Source of the DNA: an uncultured Methylomirabilota bacterium | GTDB lineage: Bacteria; Methylomirabilota; Methylomirabilia; Methylomirabilales; 2-02-FULL-66-22 | Direction of reading: 5' to 3' | Assembly (NCBI GenBank): GCA_963705305.1 | Contig: OY970067.1 | Coordinates: 448,001 to 512,000 of the forward strand | Length of the DNA: 64,000 bases | In this document: positions 30,602 to 38,578 of the stretch, one piece after another | Position numbering within the stretch: position 1 is the stretch's first letter | How the letters are laid out: every line of letters starts with the position of its first letter | The notes under the pieces: model-generated | The model's input: the letters and a program-made list of their open reading frames with translations, nothing else | The model's database searches: none | Told to the model about the DNA's origin: nothing | Position numbers and translations under genes: made by a program

Positions 30602-31927
30602 ATGGCGAAGATCGCGGTGAACGAAGCGCAATTGATGACCCGGCTCCGCTGGCGGATCATCCCGTTCGTCATGTTTCTGTACATCGTGACCATCATCGAC
30701 CGGGTGAACATCGGCTTCGCCGCCTTGAGGATGAACAAGGATCTCGGGATCAGCATGACAGCGTTCGGTACCCTTGCGGGAATCTTCTTCATCTCGTACT
30801 TCATCTTCGAGATTCCCAGCAACGTCATCCTGCACCGCGTGGGCGCCCGAATATGGATTGCGCGCATCATGATCAGCTGGGGGGTCGTGACGCTGCTCAC
30901 CGGGTTCGTCCGGAACGTGACCGACCTCGCGATTTGCCGCTTCCTCCTGGGTGCCGCCGAGGCGGGCTTCTACCCGGGTATCGTCCTCTATTTCACCTAT
31001 TGGTTCCCGGCGAAACATCACGCGCGGGCGGTCTCGCTCTTCCTGGTCGGCCTGGGCATCGCCAACATCGTCGGGGGTCCCTTCGCAACCTGGATTCTGG
31101 ACAACTGGCGGTGGTTCGGGCTGGCGGGGTGGCGCTGGATCTTCATCATGGAGGGCGTCATCACCATGGTATGCGGCGTGGCCACCTTGCTCATCTTGGT
31201 CAACCGGCCGCAGGAGGCCCAATTCCTGAGCGCCGATGAGAAGGCATGGCTGGCCGCGAGGCTGGCGGCCGAACACGCAGCGCGAACTCAGGTCGTTCAC
31301 ATGTCGAAGTGGGGGACCCTGAAGAACGGATGGGTCTGGTACTTCACCCTGTGCTACTTCGGGTACGCCTTTGCGATGAACCTGCTGTTGTTTTGGGTCC
31401 CCCAGATTCTGAAGCGCCTCTCGTCCGTCCTCACCAACACACAGGTAGGCTGGATTTCGTCGATCCCCTACGTGTGTGCCATCGTCGCCATGGTGATCAT
31501 TGCTCGGCACTCCGACAAGACCATGGAAAGGCGCTGGCACTCAGGCCTTTCGATGGCGGTGATGGTGTTTGCCCTCATCGGCTTGACGCTGACCAACAAT
31601 CTGGTCCTGAGCGTCATTCTTCTCTCCTTTGCCGCCAGCGGGATCTACAGCTTCGTGGCCGTCTTCTGGGCCTTACCGACCGCCTTGCTGGGAGAGGCGA
31701 CGGCGGCCGTCGGGATTGCCCTGATCAACTCGATCGGAAACCTTGGCGGGTACTTCGGGCCGCAAATCTTTGGCTACCTGGCGGACCTGACACACTCGAC
31801 GATCGCCGGTACTTACATCACCGCGGCATTTGTGCTGATGACGACGATTCTGACGATCTGCGTTCCCAAGCGGCACGAGCAGGCGGTCACCGGCGAATTG
31901 ACGATCGGCAAGGTGGTGTCGCGCTAA
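30602..31927 (+). CDS. MFS transporter, ACS (tartrate/phthalate) family
   Basis: Motifs IDRVNIGFA, FEIPSN...VGARIWIARIMISWG, GAAEAGFYPG and INSIGNLGG. Confidence 0.92.
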   Translation: MAKIAVNEAQLMTRLRWRIIPFVMFLYIVTIIDRVNIGFAALRMNKDLGISMTAFGTLAGIFFISYFIFEIPSNVILHRVGARIWIARIMISWGVVTLLTGFVRNVTDLAICRFLLGAAEAGFYPGIVLYFTYWFPAKHHARAVSLFLVGLGIANIVGGPFATWILDNWRWFGLAGWRWIFIMEGVITMVCGVATLLILVNRPQEAQFLSADEKAWLAARLAAEHAARTQVVHMSKWGTLKNGWVWYFTLCYFGYAFAMNLLLFWVPQILKRLSSVLTNTQVGWISSIPYVCAIVAMVIIARHSDKTMERRWHSGLSMAVMVFALIGLTLTNNLVLSVILLSFAASGIYSFVAVFWALPTALLGEATAAVGIALINSIGNLGGYFGPQIFGYLADLTHSTIAGTYITAAFVLMTTILTICVPKRHEQAVTGELTIGKVVSR

Positions 31928-32256
31928 CAGGCTGCACCGGAAAAGGCGACGGCCGCATCCCCGGAGGCGATGGTGGACGCGCTCGACTTCGATAGGCGTC
32001 AGGACCTGGAGCCGGGGGCGCGTCCCAGGATGCCTTGCGCATCCAATGGAGACATCTACTGCCGGGGGATCCGCTCCTGGCAAATAAATATGGACACTGC
32101 CGCTCGGGGGGCAAGTCATTTGCCTCCCGAGAATTGGGCCCGCGGTAAAGGAGTCGCAGACGCCTTTGGGTGCTCCCCCAATTGGGTCCAAAGATAATTT
32201 GGCAGTACGATGGGAGCACACTCCCGAACCCCTACTCTTCCGGAGGGCAGGAAACC

Positions 32257-32844
32257 ATGACGGAACACACGATCGTCTACTTTGACAGGCCCGGCAAAGA
32301 GAATACGGAGGCCGTGCTCCGCCTGGCCAACAAGCGGGCGCGGGAACTCGGGATCACAAAGATCCTTGTTGCCTCCACCAGCGGGGAGACGGCGGCCAAG
32401 GCGATGGACGTCTTCACGGGGCTGCGGGTAATCATTGTCACCCTCGCCACGGGAGCGAGGACCCCGAACACGCAGGAATTCACGGAAACGAACCGGAAGA
32501 TCGTCGAACGGCGCGGGGGCACCCTCCTGACGACGACCCACGCCCTCGGCGGGCTGGTGCGGGCGATGAATCAGGTGACGGGGCAACCGGGCCAAATCGG
32601 GGCGGGGATCGACATCGTCGCGCAGACCTTGCGGGTGTTCGGGCAGGGGATGAAGGTGGTCTGCGAGATCGCGGCGATGGCGGCGGACGCCGGCCTCGTG
32701 CGGACGGATGAGGACGTGATTGCCGTCGCCGGGACGGGCGCCGAAGGGCGCGGGGCCGATACCGCCGTCGTCTTGCAACCCGCCAATGCCCACCGATTCT
32801 TCGACACCCGGGTCAAGGAGATTCTCTGCAAGCCCCGCCTCTAA
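32257..32844 (+). CDS. Pyruvate kinase alpha/beta (PK_C)-domain standalone protein
   Basis: Motifs YFDRPGKENT, VASTSGETA, GQGMKVVCEIAAMAADAG, GADTA and EILCKP. Confidence 0.82.
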   Translation: MTEHTIVYFDRPGKENTEAVLRLANKRARELGITKILVASTSGETAAKAMDVFTGLRVIIVTLATGARTPNTQEFTETNRKIVERRGGTLLTTTHALGGLVRAMNQVTGQPGQIGAGIDIVAQTLRVFGQGMKVVCEIAAMAADAGLVRTDEDVIAVAGTGAEGRGADTAVVLQPANAHRFFDTRVKEILCKPRL

Positions 32845-32938
32845 CGGGAGGGCCGGGGGACGGGAGGTCGGGGGGAAGTTCGGGATGGGGATTCTCCCTC
32901 GCGATTGGTCGTTTTGAGGCGTGCCGGAGGCGAAACGC

Positions 32939-32980
32939 ACGGAACTCGGCTTACACGGCAAGGTGGCGGTCATCACTGGA
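32939..32980 (+). pseudogene. SDR N-terminal stub cut by the HUH element
   Basis: GGAGG RBS then (ACG)ELGLHGKVAVITG, a typical SDR start, ending at the element boundary. Confidence 0.55.
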
Positions 32981-34095
32981 TTAGGGGACGTGGATTAGGG
33001 GACGTTGCATTATCTGTCGAATCTCTTCATCGGCACCACCGCGGGATCGCGGCCTGCCAGTGGACAGCATGGTGGGCCCCCCGCCGGGCGGCCAGGCTGA
33101 CATTCCCCCGGGTCTGCCCGAGGGTGCGCGCGAGGGCACTCGCGGGGCGGCCGAGCACCTCCACCCAGACGTAGGCGAGGAGCTGCCGGGCGGTGACCGC
33201 CGCCCGGGTCTGGGTGTGCCCGAGGAGTACGGGGCAACGGACGCCCAGGGCGGCGGCGAGCCGGGCGGCCAGCGTCTCGAGGGGGACGCGGGAGAGCCCT
33301 CCCGGCGGCGCCCCGGTGGGGGCGGCCCCGAGGACCGCCGTGACGAACGGCCCGCTCCCGAGGATCCGCGCATCGGCCTCGACGCGGGCCCCCGGCCGGC
33401 GGGCTGCCCGGACCGCCTGCCAGCCCCCCAGGCTGCGGACCAGGCCCCCGCCCTGGAGCTCCGGGCGGTGCCCCTGGGGGAGGCCTTCTGCCACGAACTG
33501 GCGGTAGGCGGCGGGGGTCCGGGAATGGCTGGCGCCGAACTGGGCGAGCACGGTCGCCGTGTCCTGCCACGGGCGGGGGACGCTCCCGAGGAGGGCGCTG
33601 TGGCCGGTCCAGGGGTAGCGGGCCAGCGTCCGGAGGTCGGGGACGACCTGGGCCCGGATTGGGTTCAGGTGGAGGTAGCGGACCAGCTCCAGGAGGTACG
33701 GCTCTGCCTCCACGACGATGGATTTGTACCGGTTTTGGAAGAGGTGGCCCACCCGGCGGTGGCGCCGGTTGAAGGCGCCGGCGTACCCCGTGAGGAGGCT
33801 CCGCATGCTCCGGGGCAAGGGGCGCGAGCCCGTCCGGACCAGGAGGTGGGCGTGGTTCGGGAGGAGGGCCCAGGCGTAGACGGTGAGGGCCCCGCTCTCC
33901 GCGCGGGCGGCGAGCCGGGCGACGAAGTCGGCCCGGTCGGTGTCGTCCCGGAAGATCGTGGTCCGTTCGATCCCCCGCACCATCACGTGGTGGAGGGTTC
34001 CGGGGGCATCCAGCCGTGCTTGCCGCGGCATGACAACGGGATGGTAGCAAAATGTGACAGATAATGCAACGTCCCCTATTCTCATCCCCTATTCT
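32977..34095 (-). mobile_element. TIR-bounded HUH/Y1 (RAYT-like) element, copy 1
   Basis: Perfect 23-bp inverted repeats TAGGGGACGTTGCATTATCTGTC (32996-33018) and GACAGATAATGCAACGTCCCCTA (34056-34078). An apparently identical copy lies at 54021-55124. Confidence 0.9.
33027..34031 (-). CDS. Y1 HUH transposase (REP-associated tyrosine transposase-like) with C-terminal HTH
   Basis: Motifs HHVMVRG, NHAHLL (HuH), FNRRHRRVGHLFQNRYKS, YLHLNP and YPWTGH. The C-terminus LARTLGQTRGNVS is HTH-like. Confidence 0.92.
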   Translation of the reverse strand: MPRQARLDAPGTLHHVMVRGIERTTIFRDDTDRADFVARLAARAESGALTVYAWALLPNHAHLLVRTGSRPLPRSMRSLLTGYAGAFNRRHRRVGHLFQNRYKSIVVEAEPYLLELVRYLHLNPIRAQVVPDLRTLARYPWTGHSALLGSVPRPWQDTATVLAQFGASHSRTPAAYRQFVAEGLPQGHRPELQGGGLVRSLGGWQAVRAARRPGARVEADARILGSGPFVTAVLGAAPTGAPPGGLSRVPLETLAARLAAALGVRCPVLLGHTQTRAAVTARQLLAYVWVEVLGRPASALARTLGQTRGNVSLAARRGAHHAVHWQAAIPRWCR

Positions 34096-34374
34096 AAACG
34101 GCGCTGACCGGGGCCGAGAGCCGTGGGGTCACCCTGCGGGCGGAGCTGACCCCACTGGAGCAGGGCCAACCGACGGGCGTGGTTCAGTTGACTTCCGCCG
34201 TTCTTCAGCACCACCTGCAGGGCATCACCCAGAAACTCCAGAGCAGAGTCTCGAGGCAGGTCCGGGAGGCCGTCGACCAATCTGTCACCCAGATCGTGGT
34301 GGTCGCGGATGGGACGCTGATGCTCGGGGCCAAGCCAGAGCCTTCTGGTGGTGAATGGAACCCGAGGTTCTCAG

Positions 34375-34540
34375 GGCGGGCGGAGGGGGCGTCCGGGTCC
34401 GCACCGAGGGGCAGCTCGAGACTGTGCTTGCCACTGTGGAGCGCGAGCGGGGACGCCTGGCACTCATCGACGCGGTGGTTGATCGGATACCCCAGATGCG
34501 CTGAGGCAATTCGGGGAAGCCGGGGCCATGATCACCCGGC
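34375..34540 (+). pseudogene. C-terminal remnant of a TPP-dependent decarboxylase-like gene
   Basis: GGGVRVRTEGQLETVLATVERERGRLALIDAVVDR resembles TPP-enzyme C-termini. Confidence 0.45.
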
Positions 34541-35170
34541 ACTGGCCGCCGTCCCCGACCGGCCCGCGCTGAGCCCGGGAGGGTGGGAAACTCGGCCAAC
34601 TGACGCACGACGAGGAGTCCGAGGAACGGTCCGTCAGTCTTGGCCGCATGTGACATTCTGAACCAAGAGTTGTCAGAAGTATCCAACGGCGTGCGGTTCC
34701 ACAGAAACAAAGCGTTGGATTCTCCATTGGTCACCGGAACGGTCGGTACTGTCACACCCCAGCCCGGCGTCGTAGGTTCTCATCCGGACGCAAGACTCCA
34801 TACGACATCGTCTTCCGGGGCGTTCCTTGCGATTGCCCCAGCCCCGCCTCTTCCGGCACGGCGTATGCGTATGCTCGATCAGAGTAGCTGGTGGGACCGA
34901 TTGAATGCGAAGCCTGCCCGGGAGGGGCAACGGTAGGCCCAGAGGCGGTCGGGAGGGGTAAGGTCCCGGCGGTGTTGCGCCGGGCGGGGGAGAGGCATCC
35001 GAAAACGGGATGATGCGAGGAGTGTGCGCCGACCGCGACGCTCCTCTGGCTTCGCGGCGTCCGGTGGATTCCCGTGGGGTTCATGCCCAGCGGCCTGCCG
35101 CGAGGACCTTCATTCCGATGTGGCTGGGGGTTGCCCACGTGGCTGGGGCTACCCGAAAGGAGGGGGAAGC

Positions 35171-36523
35171 ATGAGCAAGGCACGGGAGAGAGTTGGCGAG
35201 TTGCTGCACCGCCATGTGAGCCGGCGGACGGTCCTCAAGGGAGGGATGGCCGGTCTCACTGCCGCTGCCCTGGGGAACCTGCCCAGACAGGCCTTCGCCG
35301 CCCAGGCGCCGGCTGTCATCAAGGGGACCAGCCTCTCCATCCTCCAGGGGACGTACTTCATCGGAGCCGCCCAGGATCTGTACAAGGAGCAGGCCCAGGA
35401 GTGGGGGAAGGCCAATGGGGTCACCATGAGCACCGAGTTCCTCAATTGGCCGGACCTCCAGCCGAAGATCGCGGCGGCTATCGAGGCCGGCGGGGTGGAC
35501 ATCGTGGAGCTGTGGCCGTCCTGGAACTGGCTCTACCGAGACAGCCTGGTGGATCTGACCGACATGGCCGAGGTGATCGGCAAGCGCAACGGGGGCTACG
35601 AACCCTACGTCCTGAACTCGGCCCGAGTGGATGGCCGGTACCTGGGGATCCCCGACGGGCAGTCCAATACCGGGGTCAACTACCGCATCAGTTGGTTCAA
35701 GGAGGCCGGGGTTGCCAATGCGGAGGACGGGCGGAAGCTGGACATGACCTGGGACCAGTACCACGCCGTCGCCAAGAAGTGCAAAGCGGCCGGACACCCC
35801 TTCGGCCAGGCCCTGGGCCACAGCACGGGGGATCCCCCGAATTTCTGCTACGCCTACATGTGGTCCTACGGAGCCATGGAAGTGGCCAAGGACGGCAAGA
35901 CGGTCCGGTTCAACCAGCCGGAGTTCGTGGATGGGATGAAGCGATTCATTCAGGCGTGGAAGGACGGCTACGACGAAACCGGCACCTCCTGGGACGACAG
36001 CAGCAACAACCGGGCCTTCCTGGCAGGGCAGATTGCGGCTACCATCAACGGCTCAAGCATTTACACCGTGGCCAAGAAGGACCAGCCGGCGATCGCACAG
36101 GACATGAACCACATGCTGTACCCCAAGGGACCGGCCGGCCGGTTCTACTGGCTTGGCAGCCGGACCTTCGCCATCCTGAAGAGCTCCAAGAACATCCCGG
36201 CCGCGAAGGCGTTCTTGCAGTGGTGGTTCGAGGATCCGCAGTACGGGGCGTGGTTCCACCTCCAGGGAGGTTACCAGTTGCAGGCGACCGTCAAGTACGC
36301 GAAGGACCCCATGTGGGAAAAGGACCCCAAGATGACGGTCTTCCGCGACCAGCCGAAGTACGGCCGGGACCTGGGCTATGCGGGCCCGCCGAACGCGAAA
36401 GCGTCGCTCGCCTACTCCAAGTACGTCATCGTGGACACCTTCGCCCGGGCGGTGCAGTCCGGTGACGCCGCGGCGGCCATCAAGTGGGGGACCGAGCAGC
36501 TCCGGCAAATCTACGAGAGCTAG
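35171..36523 (+). CDS. Tat-exported ABC carbohydrate substrate-binding protein
   Basis: Tat motif SRRTVLK and SBP_bac_1-type motifs (WDDSSNNRAFLAG). Confidence 0.9.
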   Translation: MSKARERVGELLHRHVSRRTVLKGGMAGLTAAALGNLPRQAFAAQAPAVIKGTSLSILQGTYFIGAAQDLYKEQAQEWGKANGVTMSTEFLNWPDLQPKIAAAIEAGGVDIVELWPSWNWLYRDSLVDLTDMAEVIGKRNGGYEPYVLNSARVDGRYLGIPDGQSNTGVNYRISWFKEAGVANAEDGRKLDMTWDQYHAVAKKCKAAGHPFGQALGHSTGDPPNFCYAYMWSYGAMEVAKDGKTVRFNQPEFVDGMKRFIQAWKDGYDETGTSWDDSSNNRAFLAGQIAATINGSSIYTVAKKDQPAIAQDMNHMLYPKGPAGRFYWLGSRTFAILKSSKNIPAAKAFLQWWFEDPQYGAWFHLQGGYQLQATVKYAKDPMWEKDPKMTVFRDQPKYGRDLGYAGPPNAKASLAYSKYVIVDTFARAVQSGDAAAAIKWGTEQLRQIYES

Positions 36524-36801
36524 GGCCGCTCGGATGCAGTGCGGGGGGCTCTACCTCAGCGCCAGCCAGGTGGCCCGCAACCGCGGGACGATCCTTCGGG
36601 CGCAGGCGCCCGCAATGCTTCCCCAGGGATAGCCGCATGAGAGAGGCGGGGCTGGCCGCCGCTTCCCACGCGATGACGCCGGCCATGGCCGGCGGATGTT
36701 GTGTTCGTGGCCCATCTCTGCCGGTCTCGCGCCGTGGAGAGGAACAGGGGCCCTAGCCACCATTCACCCGGGAGCGCACGCCCCCACAGGGAGGTGACCT
36801 C

Positions 36802-37371
36802 ATGACTCGCCCCTTTACCAGGATGATGATGTGTGTGGTGCCGGCTCTTACGGCCCTCGCGGTTGCCGCGTGTAGCCAGCACTCAGGAACATCCGCCGCC
36901 GCCAGCGCGCAGCCCGTCGAGAAGACCTTCACCTTGACGTCAAGCAATGCACCGATGAAGGTGGATTTCTTGACAGGCCAACTGCAGGACCTCACCGTTA
37001 CGGAGCGGGTGGATCCCAAGACCGGCACCGTGGTGGATCTACCGAAACTGCAAGGAACCCTGAAGCTCAAGAACGTTTCTGCGGACCAGTCGGCCCGGCT
37101 GATCGGGGGGAAGCTCTTGTTCCTGGATGCCAAGGGGCAGCCGATTCCGATCGCCAAGGATCGGAGCGACACGAGCTTCACCTTTAGCTCGTTCGAAACG
37201 CAACGGCTCGATCCAGGTCAGGAGACCTCGCAGACGATTGATGTTCCCTTCCCGAGGAGCGCTCTCAAGGCCAACGATCTCCAGACGGTGCGCCTGGACA
37301 TGACCTATGTCCCCAGCACATATCGGGAGCAGACGATCAGCTATGCCGTCTCTTTGAAGGGGCAGGGATAG
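36802..37371 (+). CDS. Putative lipoprotein
   Basis: GGAGG RBS and lipobox VAAC. Confidence 0.7.
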   Translation: MTRPFTRMMMCVVPALTALAVAACSQHSGTSAAASAQPVEKTFTLTSSNAPMKVDFLTGQLQDLTVTERVDPKTGTVVDLPKLQGTLKLKNVSADQSARLIGGKLLFLDAKGQPIPIAKDRSDTSFTFSSFETQRLDPGQETSQTIDVPFPRSALKANDLQTVRLDMTYVPSTYREQTISYAVSLKGQG

Positions 37372-37380
37372 AAGGATGGA

Positions 37381-37442
37381 CTTGGGCGCGGCGGCTTTTC
37401 GTCGCCCAAGGGGACCCCATGACAGTTAGGCCGTGGGGTCCC
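37381..37442. terminator. Twin hairpins after the lipoprotein gene
   Basis: CTTGGGCG...CGCCCAAG directly followed by GGGACCCCA...TGGGGTCCC. Confidence 0.5.
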
Positions 37443-37900
37443 GGTCGCGAACGAGGGGGGACCTCGACTCGGCGCACCGTTGTTCAGATTTGAAGCCGGA
37501 AGATTTGAAGCCGGAAGAGAAGAAGGGAACACCTCACGTGCGGGAGAGTTGTTGCGCGCCATTCCGACCGCCACAATAACCGTGGCCAGCATCGCGGCGT
37601 TCGAGGGGGGCGAAGCCAGAAGAAGGCGAGGAACCCCGTTCAAGAACACTGGATCGAGGTCTTGTGGATCAGACACGCTCCTGACACCCGGCCCAGGACA
37701 ATACCGTGCTCCCGTGGCCGTTGGTGCCGTGAGCTCGGGTCTCCCGACTCTGCACAGGAGGTCAGACATGACAACGCCTGGCCACAGGTGCTCATTCGGT
37801 AGAACTGTCGGCGACAGCAAACGCGGGCACGGGCTACCCGGCGAGGGCGGTGATGAGCATGAGGACTGCGGCTAGGACCTGGGTGCTGTCTCTTTGTGCT

Positions 37901-38150
37901 ACCGGGAACACGGGTGACACTGGCATACCCGCGGATGATGTGGTCCCGTTCGTCGATCCGGCCCAACAGGACCTGGCAGAAGTAGATCGACCAGATGCCA
38001 TCGGCGGCCTCCTCAAAGCTGATGGGGAGTTGCTTGAGGGGCTTGGCAATGAACACAAGCCGCTTCCCGACCCCGACTGTCCCGGCGTTGGTGACGCGCT
38101 TGAAGATGAAGTGGCCGGGACACTCGACTGGCGGCAGGACGGGCGGATGG
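37901..38150 (-). pseudogene. IS481-family transposase C-terminal remnant and partial end
   Basis: LPPVECPGHFIFKRVTNAG...EEAADGIWSIYFCQVLLGRIDER followed by TGTCACCCGTGTTCCCGGT. Confidence 0.7.
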
Positions 38151-38294
38151 TGGCGACGCTTTGGAGGGGCTTTTCGAAGGGGCACGGTCCCCGAGGATCG
38201 CGGCGAGCCCCGTTTGGTTGAAGAAGCCAGCCGGGCCTCGCCGGTGGAGACAGGAGATGGATGCGGAGGGAAAACTAGCAGTGGGCACATCGGA

Positions 38295-38572
38295 CTGCCT
38301 GCCCGTCTGTCTGTGCCGGGCGTGCTCTCGGCGGGGATCTTCTGCTTCACCCTCTGCTGGAACGAGTTCCTCTACGCCCTGCTCATCATATCCTCCGGCG
38401 ACATGAAGACCATCCCGGTCGGGGTGGTGAGCGACCTGATCAAGGCCGACGTCCTGTTCTGGGGCTCGCTGATGGCGGCGGCGGTCCTGGGCTCGCTCCC
38501 CCTCGCCGTCCTGTACTCTTTCTTCGTGAAGTACTCCGTCTCGCGCCTGATCGCTGGAGCGGGGAAGGCCGC
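38295..38572 (+). pseudogene. Carbohydrate ABC permease C-terminal fragment
   Basis: PGVLSAGIFCFTLCWNEFLYAL...WGSLMAAAVLGSLP, with no N-terminus. Confidence 0.75.
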
Positions 38573-38578
38573 ACTTGG

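Noticed and set aside
32100..32205. AAAGGAGTCGCAGACGCCTTT hairpin and nearby motifs as further HUH-type ends
   Set aside because: They lack the GGGACG core shared by the verified ends and could be ordinary regulatory hairpins.
34140..34350. Possible C-terminal remnant of a large serine recombinase
   Set aside because: Only general resemblance in a poorly conserved region, with no catalytic motif.
37670..37780. Possible class V aminotransferase stub (LLTPGP)
   Set aside because: A six-residue match followed by frame-disrupted sequence.
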